64,000 nucleotides of DNA from an uncultured Rhodospirillaceae bacterium (GTDB taxonomy: Bacteria > Pseudomonadota > Alphaproteobacteria > SP197). A program made the position numbers and the translations under genes. Shown piece by piece: positions 8,844 through 18,526 of the stretch. The notes beneath the pieces are model-generated. The model ran no database searches. It was not told where the DNA came from and saw only the letters and a list, made by a program, of their open reading frames with translations. Each line of letters starts with the position of its first letter. The stretch's first letter is position 1. Location: contig CALGGB010000065.1 of assembly GCA_937880925.1 (NCBI GenBank), forward strand, positions 6,004-70,003. Reading direction: 5' to 3'.

Positions 8844-9968
8844 TTACCGCCGCAGGGAGAGCAGGACACGCACCGCCTGGATCATCGCGACATGACCCAT
8901 GGTCCCGGTTTCCTCCGGCGCAACGTGGGAAAATCCCGGAATCAGGAAGACCCTGCTGCCCGGTACCGCATCGGCAAGACGCAGGCTTTCGCTAAAGGGT
9001 ATGACGGGGTCGGTCTCGCCATGGACAAGCACAATGCGGCCCGCCAGTGCGGCAAGGTCGAGGCGCGAGGGTGAAAGCGCGGTGAGATCATCGTGCGCCT
9101 TCGGCGGCAGGGCCTCGATCAGCGTGTCCACCCGTTCCGGCTCGGTGTTGGCGATGAGACCCAGGATGGCCCGGGCGTCCGGGCCGCCCTGGGCCATGGC
9201 CTGGGTCGTGGCGACCAGTCCCGGCGCGCCCCCGGCGGCGCCCACCCGTGCGAGTTCGGCCAGGCGGTTGCGGTCAAGCGCCGAGGGGACGTGCTCGAGC
9301 AGGGAGTAAAGCAGCAGCCAGCGGGCGCGGGAATCGGGATGGCCCATGCGGGTGATGCCGTCGCGCGGGTCGGTGAACCAGCCGGTGGTGGCGTAGGAAA
9401 CGACGGCGGCACCGTCGAAGTAACCGCCCAGGCCCAACACCATGGCGATGCCCTGTGCACGCTCCGGCGCGGCGGCGGCGGCCAGCGCGGGCGCCAGGCC
9501 GTAGGACACCGCGACCACGCCCAGGGGCAGGCCATTCTCGGCCTGCTCCGCGACAAGGTGGTCAAGCAGCAGGCGCAGCACCGCAGAATCCTCCCGGCCA
9601 GCGGACAAGGCCATGGCGCCGGGCAGATCCGGCGTGACGACGCGGAAGCCGGCTCCGGCCAGCACACCCGAGACGCCCACGACCCGGCTGTCGGACTTGC
9701 CCGCAGAGGTGAGGCCGGGCACGAAAAGCAGCACGGCGCGCGGCTCGGCAGGCTCGTAGATGTCGGCCTGGACCGTTGCGTCGCCGCTCAACAGGAGCAG
9801 CGGCTGGCGCGTCACGCCGGGCGGCAGGGGCTCGCCCGAGGCGTTGACCAGCCCGGCCAGGACCCGCACCGATTCGCCGTAGACCAGCCATAGCCCCGCG
9901 CCCGCGGCAAGCAGCAACGCAAACGCGATGGAGGCTGCCATGAGCCAGGGACGCAGACGTCGCATCAT
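8844..9968 (-). CDS. membrane-anchored alpha/beta-hydrolase fold protein
   Basis: N-terminal TM helix; VPGL oxyanion loop, AVSYG nucleophile elbow, HGETDPVIP acid, GFSHV His. Confidence 0.7.
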   Translation of the reverse strand: MMRRLRPWLMAASIAFALLLAAGAGLWLVYGESVRVLAGLVNASGEPLPPGVTRQPLLLLSGDATVQADIYEPAEPRAVLLFVPGLTSAGKSDSRVVGVSGVLAGAGFRVVTPDLPGAMALSAGREDSAVLRLLLDHLVAEQAENGLPLGVVAVSYGLAPALAAAAAPERAQGIAMVLGLGGYFDGAAVVSYATTGWFTDPRDGITRMGHPDSRARWLLLYSLLEHVPSALDRNRLAELARVGAAGGAPGLVATTQAMAQGGPDARAILGLIANTEPERVDTLIEALPPKAHDDLTALSPSRLDLAALAGRIVLVHGETDPVIPFSESLRLADAVPGSRVFLIPGFSHVAPEETGTMGHVAMIQAVRVLLSLRR

Positions 9969-10070
9969 CCCGTCCAGGCCATGACGACGTCATACCGTTG
10001 CTTCACGGGTCCAGCGCTCCCCATCCGGCTGCGCCATGGGTGGCATGCCAGCGTGGCGAAGATGGGGCGC

Positions 10071-11054
10071 TCAGGCGGCAGGCTTGCGGTTGTGATCGAA
10101 GTTCCGCCCGGTGAAGGCCAGGATGTGATCGAGATAGCGGATCGGTTCGTGGCGCGGCGGGTTGTCCGTCCCCTGGCAGGTTGGCAGGCAGGCGATCATC
10201 GCCTCCAGATCGGGATCGAAGAAGAACGGCATGGAAAAACGCTGTCGCCCCGAGAGGTTGATCACGCGGTGGGGCGTGGAGGGATAGAGGTCGTTGGTCC
10301 AGCGCGTCAGCATCTGACCGATGTTGACCAGGAAGTGGCCGGGCAGGACGGGCGCCTGGCGCCAGCTTCCGTCGCGGTGCAGGATCTCCAGGCCCGGCAC
10401 CTCTGCCTGGGCGAGCATGGTCATGAAACCAGCATCGGTATGGGGCCCGGTGCCGAACTCCTCGCCGTCGAAACCCTCCTGGGGCGGGTAGCTGGAGATG
10501 CGCAGGGTGATGCTGGGCTGCACAAAGAAGGCGGCGAAATGGTCGTCGGGCAGGTCGAGGCTGCGGGCATAGAGCGGCAGCATGGCAAGGCCCAGAGACT
10601 CCATGGCCTCCATGTAGGCAAGCATCGTCGGACGGAATTCGGGCAATTGCGCCGGCCACTGGTTAAGACCCCGCAGGGGCAGGTCGGCGAGCACCTCGGG
10701 CGCGTCGGCCGCGCGCTCACGCTTCATAAAGAAGGAGGCGACCAGATTGGGCTTGGTCGCCTTGTGGACGGTCGAGCTCCTCTGCATGCTCGCCCGCGAG
10801 GCCATGTAGCCGATGTTGTGACGGTTGATTGCCAGCGCCGCCTTGGCCGCTTCCGGCAATGCATGGAAGGCTGCCGTCCGGGCGAAGGCGGCATCGACCA
10901 GCCTCTGATCGACCCCATGGCCGCCGACATAGAAGAACCCGACGTCGAGACAGGCCTGACGCAGATCCTGCGCCAGGCGGTCGCGCGCGCCCGCTTCGCC
11001 GCGCCGCCAGGGCCCCAGGTCCAGCACCGGAATGCCGTCCGCACCGTCCGCCAT
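10071..11054 (-). CDS. isopenicillin-N-synthase-like 2OG-Fe(II) dioxygenase
   Basis: IPVLDL, ACLDVGFFYV, HTD, NIGQMLTRWTN, STPHRV, RFSMPFF. Confidence 0.93.
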   Translation of the reverse strand: MADGADGIPVLDLGPWRRGEAGARDRLAQDLRQACLDVGFFYVGGHGVDQRLVDAAFARTAAFHALPEAAKAALAINRHNIGYMASRASMQRSSTVHKATKPNLVASFFMKRERAADAPEVLADLPLRGLNQWPAQLPEFRPTMLAYMEAMESLGLAMLPLYARSLDLPDDHFAAFFVQPSITLRISSYPPQEGFDGEEFGTGPHTDAGFMTMLAQAEVPGLEILHRDGSWRQAPVLPGHFLVNIGQMLTRWTNDLYPSTPHRVINLSGRQRFSMPFFFDPDLEAMIACLPTCQGTDNPPRHEPIRYLDHILAFTGRNFDHNRKPAA

Positions 11055-11103
11055 CGCCTTGCCTCCAGAAAGCCGGCGTCAGTCTAGCGCAGGGACAGCG
11101 CCG

Positions 11104-12612
11104 TCACGAGGCGGCGTTCAGACAATCCATCAGGCTGCCGCCGGCGATCAGTTCGGAAACGGCGATGACATCGAAGGTGAAGCTGCGGTCGTCGTCGAGC
11201 GGGGCAACGATGGCGCGCACATGGTCGCGCAGCGCCCGTGCCACCGGCGCGCAGCGATCGAGATCACGCAGGTCCAGCGCCTGGGCCGAAACCATCAGTT
11301 CGCAGGCCGCGACCTGGCGCAGGAGGCCGAGGATCTGCACCGCCTTGCGCACCGCAAGCGGCGTCATGGGCGCGTGATCCTCCACGTTATAGCCCGAGGA
11401 ATCGAAGATGCTGGCGGGCTGGCACAGGATGTGGATGTCCTTGACCAGGGTGTCGGCGGTGTGGCTGAGCAGGCCGAGACCGGCATGGGTATCGCCCCGG
11501 CTGCTGAGGCGGTCCGGGAGATCGGTCATGGCGCTCTGCAGCATCCGCGCGGTGCGCTGTGAGGACATCACGGCGGTCTGGGCCATGGCCAGCGCAAGGG
11601 CATCGAAGGCCACGGCCATGGCCGGGGTGTGGAAGTTGCCGTTGGAGAGGATGATGCCGTCGTCGGCGATCACCAGCGGGTTGTCGCCCGCGCCGTTGAG
11701 TTCGACCTCCACATTGGGTGTGCAGAAGTCGATGGCCGCACGCAGGCTGCCGTGGACGTGGCTGGCGCAGCGGATCGAGATGGGATCCTGGACGCGGCGC
11801 GGCACGCCTTCGTCGAAGAGAGCCGAGCCCGCCAGCTTTTCGCGCATGCTCTGCGCTGCGCGCGCCTGGCCGGGGGCACCGCGGGCGCGCACGATGCGCG
11901 GATCGATCGGGCTGGGGTTGGCGCGGAAGCCTTCCATGGTCAGGACGACGATGCCGTCGAGCAGCTCCATCAACTGCGAGAGATCGGCCAGAAGCAGGGC
12001 GCCAAGACCGACCGAGATGGAATTGGCGCTGCACAGGGCAAGGCCTTCCTTCTCCTGCAGCGCCACGGTGGCGACCCCGGCGCGCGCCATGGCCTCGGCG
12101 CCTGCGATCAGTTCGCCGCCGTATTCGGCCCGGCCCTCGCCGATCAGCGGCAGGGCGAGGTTGGCGCAGAGCGCGAGGTCCGAGGCGCCGACCGAGCCGA
12201 TGGAGGGCACGTAAGGGTGCACACCCGCGGCCAGCATGGCGCACTGGGTTTCCACGATCAGCGGACGCACGCCCGCCCCGCCCCGCGCCATGGAGGCGGC
12301 ACGGGCGAACTGGGCGGCGCGCACCGCCTCGCGCGGCAGCGGATCGCCGCCGCCGCAGGCGCGTGCCAGGACGACGACACGGCTGTAGTCGGCGCGCTCC
12401 TGGGGCGAGATCTCGTTGACCACCCGGCCGCCCAGGCCACGGGTGACGCCATAGGCCGGCAGGTTTTCGGCGGAGTAGCGGTCGACCACCGCGCGGCCGG
12501 CGTTGAGCCGCGCCAGCGCCGTCTGGTCCAGGCTCACCCCGGCGCCATGGCGGGCTACGGCGACGACGTCGTCGATACCGATGTTGCGGCTGCCGAGGGT
12601 GATGGCGTTCAT
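11104..12612 (-). CDS. aromatic amino-acid (HAL-fold) lyase lacking the MIO tripeptide
   Basis: YGVTRGLG, GSVGASDL, KEGLAL, QDPISIRC, DNP, NGNFH, EDH motifs; ATG at 12612 with a GGAGA RBS. Confidence 0.88.
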   Translation of the reverse strand: MNAITLGSRNIGIDDVVAVARHGAGVSLDQTALARLNAGRAVVDRYSAENLPAYGVTRGLGGRVVNEISPQERADYSRVVVLARACGGGDPLPREAVRAAQFARAASMARGGAGVRPLIVETQCAMLAAGVHPYVPSIGSVGASDLALCANLALPLIGEGRAEYGGELIAGAEAMARAGVATVALQEKEGLALCSANSISVGLGALLLADLSQLMELLDGIVVLTMEGFRANPSPIDPRIVRARGAPGQARAAQSMREKLAGSALFDEGVPRRVQDPISIRCASHVHGSLRAAIDFCTPNVEVELNGAGDNPLVIADDGIILSNGNFHTPAMAVAFDALALAMAQTAVMSSQRTARMLQSAMTDLPDRLSSRGDTHAGLGLLSHTADTLVKDIHILCQPASIFDSSGYNVEDHAPMTPLAVRKAVQILGLLRQVAACELMVSAQALDLRDLDRCAPVARALRDHVRAIVAPLDDDRSFTFDVIAVSELIAGGSLMDCLNAAS

Positions 12613-12791
12613 GGGGGTCTCCTGCGTGATGGGCGCGCACCATGTCACAGGAAATCGGCCCGCCGCCAGTGGCCATGCCCATCACCGGAAGGTGATCGGA
12701 GTCACTGGTATCCAGGCGCGGACGGCACCATCTCTGAAACAACACCGAATACCGCAGTGCCGAGCGCGCAAACCTCCGGAACTGCTCCATG

Positions 12792-12826
12792 AGCCCCGCT
12801 CCGGCACCTCAAGCCGGGACGGGGTT
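12792..12826. terminator. GC-rich hairpin downstream of the response regulator
   Basis: AGCCCCG-CT-CCGGC ... GCCGG-GA-CGGGGTT inverted repeat with no U tract. Confidence 0.35.
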
Positions 12827-12862
12827 CGGTCGTTCAAGATTAAGGTGTGCCGAGCGTCCCGG

Positions 12863-13603
12863 TCAGTTGATTGCGACCCGCTGGACCTCTGCGTTCAGCA
12901 CGTAGCCGCTTGAGCGCACCGTCACCAGAATCTGGGCGGCCCGGGGATCGTCACCGATCTTGCGGCGCAGATGGCCGACCAGCACATCGATGGTACGGTC
13001 GGCAGGCGAAAACTGTCGCCCCATGCGCTCGAGCAGGACCTCGCGGCTGAGCAGGTCGCCACCGTCCTCAAGCAGGATCAACAGAAGCTGCGATTCGCTG
13101 ATCGTGAGCACCTCGACCTCGGTGCCTTCGCGCGTGATCGTGCGACGGATCGGATCGAACAGGCGGCCGGCGAATTCGAAGCCGAAGTTCTGCGTGCCGT
13201 GTGCGCTCACTTCCGCGTTGCGCCATTCCAGCTTGCGGCACTGTGTCTTGACGGCGCCGACCAGTTCCTCGGCCGAAAACGGCTTGGTGATGTAGTCGTC
13301 GGCACCCATTTCCATGAAACGGCGCTGCCATTCCCGTTCCGCCAGAGCGGTCAGCATGATGACCGGGGTCAGCCGGGTCTCCTGCCGGGAGCGCAGCAAC
13401 CCGATCAGGTCCAGCCCGTCGCTCTGCGGCATCATGATATCGCTGACGATGACATCAGGCGAAAACTCCTGGGAAAGGCGCAGACCTTCGCGCACCGAAC
13501 TGGCGCCGCGCGTCTCGAATCCTTCAAAACCGAGAATCCGCACGATCCGGTCGCGGATGCCATCCTCATCCTCGACCACGAGAACTTTCGAAGCATGTCC
13601 CAT
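12863..13603 (-). CDS. OmpR/PhoB-family response regulator
   Basis: VLVVEDE, SDIMMP, IMLTA, GADDYITKPF, DRTIDVLVGHLRRKI, TVRSSGY. Confidence 0.93.
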   Translation of the reverse strand: MGHASKVLVVEDEDGIRDRIVRILGFEGFETRGASSVREGLRLSQEFSPDVIVSDIMMPQSDGLDLIGLLRSRQETRLTPVIMLTALAEREWQRRFMEMGADDYITKPFSAEELVGAVKTQCRKLEWRNAEVSAHGTQNFGFEFAGRLFDPIRRTITREGTEVEVLTISESQLLLILLEDGGDLLSREVLLERMGRQFSPADRTIDVLVGHLRRKIGDDPRAAQILVTVRSSGYVLNAEVQRVAIN

Positions 13604-13807
13604 TGCAGCCCGTGCTCCCCTTATCGGACGTACCCAGGGCAAATCGTGCCTTTGCCCGCGGCCACGTTATCAGAAATGTAACAGGAGAACTCCTGCAACT
13701 GAATCCTTGCATCACACCTGCAGAGCCGCCATTTCGAAGACTGGCATGCCTATGTTACGGTCCTGTACCTGCGGCCGTTCATCGCTCCCGGGGAGGTTCG
13801 TTCCGCC

Positions 13808-15853
13808 ATGCGCAAGATCATTATCGCCGTTGTCGCCGTTCTTGGCGTCCTTGTCGTCGCTGCGCTGGTGGCGCCATTCCTGATTCCTCTCGACTGGGTC
13901 AAGGACAAGGCGATCGCACAGGTCGAGGCCACAACCGGGCGCAAGCTGACCATTGCCGGCGATGTCAGCCTTTCCCTGCTGCCCAACGTTCAGGTCAAGG
14001 TGTCCGATGTCAGCTTCGCCAACCGGCCCGGCAGCGATGTTGCCGACATGGTGACGCTCTCCGATCTGGCGCTCGACGTTTCGCTGATGCCTCTGCTCGA
14101 TGGCGAGCTGGTGATCAACGAATTCGTCCTGGTCGATCCGGTGATCTATCTGGAAACCGACGCATAGGGCACCGGAAACTGGATGATGACGGCCAAGCCT
14201 CAGTCCGATGCAGGCTCGGAGAATGCCGATAGCGGCGGCAGCGACCAGGCCGGCGGCGGCACGGTCGGTTCGGAGCTCAAGAACCTGCGTCTGGGCGATG
14301 TGCGCATCGAAAACGGAAAGGTGACCTACCACGACGGCCAGACCGGCGAGACGACGGAGCTTTCGGCGATCAACGTCACGCTTTCCCTGCCCGACATGAG
14401 CAGCCCCTTTGCGGGCAACGGCAGCCTCGTCTTCAAGGACCAGACGATTTCCTTCGACACCGGCGTCAGCTCGCTTCAGACCCTGATGGACGGCCAGAGC
14501 ACCCAGGCCAGCGTGACGCTCGAGAGCGACCCCATGAAGGCCAGCTTCGACGGCAACGTCGCCACGGGCGGTGCGCTCGACGGCCAGGTCGAGCTCTCGA
14601 TTCCCTCCGTGCGCGCGCTTGCGGCCTGGCTTGCAGAAGCCCTGCCGGAAGGCTCGCCCGCGCCAGAGGTTGTGACCGTTTCGGGCCGGCTGGCCATGAA
14701 CGGCAACAACATCGACTTCACGGGCGCGCAGATCGCCGCCGACGACCTGAAGGCCGCCGGCGACCTGGGCCTCGACCTTTCCGGCCAGCGCCCCTACATC
14801 AGCGCCAACCTGACCTCGGAGATGCTCGACCTCAATCCCTACCTGCCGCAGACCGAAAGCGAGCAGGCTGCGGCCGAAAACGGCGGCAGCGGCGGCTCGG
14901 GCGACAGTGGCGACGGTGAAACGGCGGAAGGCTGGAGCCGGGAGCCGATCGATTTCTCCGGCCTGGACATGGTCAATGCCGATCTTGCCTTCGAACTGGC
15001 CGGTCTGAAGGTCCGTGCCATCGAAATCGGCCGCAGCGTGCTGAAGATCGCGGTCAACAACGGTTCGGCCAATCTCGATCTGGTCGAGGCCCAGCTCTAT
15101 GGCGGCACGGGCAGCGCCACCGTCGACATCGACCGCAGCGGCAACCGCCCGGCCATCAGCAACACGCTGTCGGTCAAGGGCATCAATGCCGAACCCCTGC
15201 TGACCGCGGCTGCCGGTTTCGACAAGCTCTCCGGCACGGGTGACATCGGGCTTGATGTCACCACCACCGGCGACAACCAGCGCCAGCTTGTCGAGAACCT
15301 GGCCGGCAACGGGTCGTTCCTGTTCCGTGACGGCGCCTTCAAGGGCGTCGATCTGGCCGCCATGGCGCGCGACGTTTCGCTCGACTCGGTCCTGAAGGCG
15401 GCCGACAGCGGCGGCTCGACGGATTTCGCGGAGCTTTCAGCAACCTTCCAGATCACCGACGGCGTCGTGCGCAACGATGACCTGTTCATGGCCGCCCCGC
15501 TGGTGCGCGCGGCGGGCAAGGGCAACGTCAACATGCCGCCCCAGACCCTGGACTACACCCTGTCCCTGAAGCCCGTTGCCAACCTGCAGGGCCAGGGCGC
15601 CAGCACCGACGAGGCCGGCGGCGGCATCCCGATCCTGGTGCGCGGCCCCTGGAGCAATCCCTCGTTCGAACCCGACATGGAGGCGATCGCCAAGGGCCTG
15701 CTGTCGGACCCCGATGCCATCGGCGAGACGCTGCAGAACCTGGGTGTCGGCGGCAGCGACGGAGAAGGCAGCGGCGGTGCCGGCGGCCTGCTGGACAGCC
15801 TGGGCGGCGACGGCGGCGACGCCGCGGACGCGATCAAGGGCCTTTTCGACTAG
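13808..15853 (+). pseudogene. asmA: AsmA family protein interrupted by one in-frame TAG (14165-14167)
   Basis: ORFs 13808-14167 and 14183-15853 share a frame. Joined they read ...VIYLETDA*GTGNWMM..., with the AsmA N-terminal anchor (EATTGRKLTIAG), WSREPIDFSGL, LYGG, TDFAELSATF and IPILVRGPW. Confidence 0.8.
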
Positions 15854-15906
15854 TCAGGGAAACTCACCGGGGGGCGGACTGCCCCGCGCCTCTCTGCGCT
15901 GCCGCA

Positions 15907-16794
15907 TCAGGTGCCCGGCGCCGGGCGCTGTTCGGCGGCCCATGCTTCCCATTCGGCACGGTCCGCACCGAAGGGCTGGCCGGTGATCGTGCGCAGGGAC
16001 CATGAGGCAAACCAGCGCACGTCTTCTGCCTGGTCGCTCAAGGTGACGATCAGCGGGCCGATCGCAACGGGGTCGCCGATGCGGCCCAGCGACCAGGCCG
16101 CTTCCCAGCGGACCCGTTCATGTTCGTCATCCAGCGCCTCGATCAGATCGGGCACAACGGCGGCATCGCCGATATCGCCCAGCAGCGAAGCAACATTGTA
16201 GCGCAGGGCCGGATCGGGCTCGAACAATGCGGGAGCAATGGCCTCCACGCCCCAGACCTGCGCCACCGCCGAGGCAAGCTGACGCACGAACCCGCCCGGC
16301 TGCAGCAGGGTGGTGTCGAAGGGGGCATTGGCCGGATCCTCGTAACCCAGGTTGAAGGCCAGGCGGAACGGCCGCTGGGTCTCCGATACGAAGCTGGTGA
16401 TGACGGGGGCCTGGCCGGGCCGCTCGATCACGACCTCCCCGGTGATCCGCGCGCCGGTGTAAAGATAGGCTTTGACCGGCTCGAAATAGCCCCCGCCGTT
16501 GGCCCGGCCCTGGACCAGGACACGGATCACGGCATCGGCCTCGCCGGCATCGTCTTGCAGCAGGGTGTCGATACCTGCGGCGAAGAACAGGTCCTCCACC
16601 AGATCGGCGACCGGCAGATCCATGCCCTCGATGGGCCGGTAGGTGATCGTGGAGGCCGGGCGGTACTCGTAACTCTGGTCGATCACGATGCGCACGCTCT
16701 CGGGCAGCGCATCCGCGGCAACAGGCGCCACCGGCGCACAGAGCGCCAGGACTGCAAGCGCAGGGATCGCGGATCTCAGGCAGGAAAGGTGCAT
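15907..16794 (-). CDS. exported HEAT/PBS-lyase repeat protein
   Basis: Signal-peptide-like N-terminus (APVAA); three C-terminal repeats (LRYNVASLLGDIGD, VRWEAAWSLGRIGD, VRWFASWSL). Confidence 0.8.
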   Translation of the reverse strand: MHLSCLRSAIPALAVLALCAPVAPVAADALPESVRIVIDQSYEYRPASTITYRPIEGMDLPVADLVEDLFFAAGIDTLLQDDAGEADAVIRVLVQGRANGGGYFEPVKAYLYTGARITGEVVIERPGQAPVITSFVSETQRPFRLAFNLGYEDPANAPFDTTLLQPGGFVRQLASAVAQVWGVEAIAPALFEPDPALRYNVASLLGDIGDAAVVPDLIEALDDEHERVRWEAAWSLGRIGDPVAIGPLIVTLSDQAEDVRWFASWSLRTITGQPFGADRAEWEAWAAEQRPAPGT

Positions 16795-16859
16795 GGCCCG
16801 CCAAGCCTAGATCGGAAGCCGATCAGGGGGAACCGGCGGGCCGGAAGGGGCCCAACGGC

Positions 16860-17480
16860 TCAGTGGCTTGCGCGCCAGTCCTGCAAGGCGGCTTCGGCGG
16901 CAGCCAGACGGTCGTCGGGCATCGCATTCATCAGGGTCGCAAGATTGGCAGCCGCGGCGCCGTCACCGGCCTCGGCGGCAAGCTTGAGCCAGCGGTAGGC
17001 CACGATACGGTCGCCCGCCGAGGTTGCCAGCAGCCAGCCCAGCAGGGATTGCGCATCGCTGTCACCGCCCTCTGCGGCCGGCTCAAGCACGGCGATGGCG
17101 CCCAGCGGATCAACCGGACCGCCACGACCCTCCAGCAGCATCAGGGCAAGACGCAGGGCGGCACGGGGATGGCCCTGGTCGGCTGCGGCGCGATACCATT
17201 CGCGGGCCGACTCCGGATCGACCTTGCCGCGCACACCGGTTTCCAGCCCATAGCCCAGCAGATACTGCGCCTCGGCATCGCCCGACCGCGCGGCCTGGCC
17301 ATACCAATCCATGGCATCGCCATAACTCTCGGCGCGCAGCGGGCCGGCATGCATCAGGAAAAGGGCCGCCAGGACCGCGCCCAGCAGCGCAGCGCCGATC
17401 GGGCCGCGGCGGCAGCGGCCGCAGGTGTCGCGATCAAAACCAAGCACGTCTGAACTGTCCCCCACGGCACCGGGCGGCAT
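16860..17480 (-). CDS. Sel1-repeat protein
   Basis: GDAEAQYLLG, AREWYRAAADQGHPRA, AYRWLKLAAEAGD; hydrophobic N-terminal segment; start uncertain. Confidence 0.85.
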   Translation of the reverse strand: MPPGAVGDSSDVLGFDRDTCGRCRRGPIGAALLGAVLAALFLMHAGPLRAESYGDAMDWYGQAARSGDAEAQYLLGYGLETGVRGKVDPESAREWYRAAADQGHPRAALRLALMLLEGRGGPVDPLGAIAVLEPAAEGGDSDAQSLLGWLLATSAGDRIVAYRWLKLAAEAGDGAAAANLATLMNAMPDDRLAAAEAALQDWRASH

Positions 17481-17578
17481 GCCCGAAGCGAGCCGTCCCT
17501 GTGGCTCCGGCGCGACTGTAGCGGTGCAACAAGCCCGTCACAATCGCAACGGCATGCGGCACGCCTGGGCGGTCCGGC

Positions 17579-18526
17579 TCAATCCCCGGCCAAGGCAGCC
17601 TGGAGCAGAGCCTGGGCTGCTGCATCCAGGTCCAGTTCGCCGGTATCGATGCGCGCGAGCAGGCGATCGGCGACGGCGCCGTCCAGCGCGGCAAGACGCA
17701 TGCGGGCAAAACGCTCGGCTTCGCCCAGCAGACGGCGGCGGCGGCGCTGACGGGCGCGCTCGCCTGATTGCACGTCATGGCCGGCGGCCAGGGCGGCGGC
17801 GGCATCGGCAAGTGCCGGTACACCGCGCCCCGACAGCGCGGCGGTCGTGAGCACCCGTGGCGGCGCAGCGGCGTAGGATGCCGCGCTGCGCAGGGCCGCT
17901 TCGGTCGCGGCAGCCTGGGGCAGGTCGGCCTTGTTGACGACGATCAGGTCGGCGATTTCCAGAATGCCGGCCTTGGCCGCCTGCACGTCGTCGCCGGCGC
18001 CGGGCGCCCAGACAACGATGCGGACATCGGCCAGTTCGGCGATCTCGATCTCGCTCTGGCCGACGCCGACCGTCTCGACCACCACGACATCGCGGCCCGA
18101 TGACGCCATGACATCGGCCACCAGGGCGGCATTGCGCGCCAGGCCGCCCAGATGGCCGCGCGAGGCCAGGCTGCGGACAAACACTCCGGCGTCGCCGGCA
18201 TGGCGGCTCATGCGGATTCGGTCCCCCAGCAGCGCGCCGCCGGTGAGCGGGCTGGATGGGTCAACCGCCAGAACGGCAACGGTGAGACCCCGGCTGCGCA
18301 GCTCACCGACATAGGCGCCGACCAGCGTGGACTTGCCGGCACCGGGCGCACCGGTGATGCCCACGACCATGGCGCGGGCCGGGGCAGCGCGCGCGGCGGC
18401 CAGCACGGCAGCGGCAAACGGGCCGTCGTTCTCGACCTCCGTGACGGCACGGGCCAGGGCCGCACGCTCGCCGCCAAGGAAGGCCGCAAGCCAGGGAGGG
18501 GCGGAAGGGTTCGGATTTGTCGCCAT
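17579..18526 (-). CDS. meaB: MeaB/ArgK family G3E GTPase (B12-mutase chaperone)
   Basis: ALARAVTEVEN, GITGAPGAGKST, AVDPSSPLTGGALLGDRIRM, RSLASRGHLGG, ETVGVGQSE, NKAD. Confidence 0.93.
   Translation of the reverse strand: MATNPNPSAPPWLAAFLGGERAALARAVTEVENDGPFAAAVLAAARAAPARAMVVGITGAPGAGKSTLVGAYVGELRSRGLTVAVLAVDPSSPLTGGALLGDRIRMSRHAGDAGVFVRSLASRGHLGGLARNAALVADVMASSGRDVVVVETVGVGQSEIEIAELADVRIVVWAPGAGDDVQAAKAGILEIADLIVVNKADLPQAAATEAALRSAASYAAAPPRVLTTAALSGRGVPALADAAAALAAGHDVQSGERARQRRRRRLLGEAERFARMRLAALDGAVADRLLARIDTGELDLDAAAQALLQAALAGD

Noticed and set aside
12660-12710. Riboswitch in the lyase leader (CCAGTG/CACTGG and ATCACC/GGTGAT stems)
   Set aside because: A single hairpin with no recognisable aptamer or terminator; such pairing is common at this GC content.
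14165-14167. Pyrrolysine or genome-wide TAG recoding
   Set aside because: TAG ends other genes at their expected C-termini, and no pyl genes or suppressor tRNA are in the window.
14875-14935. GGC/GAC-rich low-complexity runs in asmA (also 15745-15830)
   Set aside because: They encode Gly/Ser/Asp linkers; not tandem repeats or a CRISPR array.
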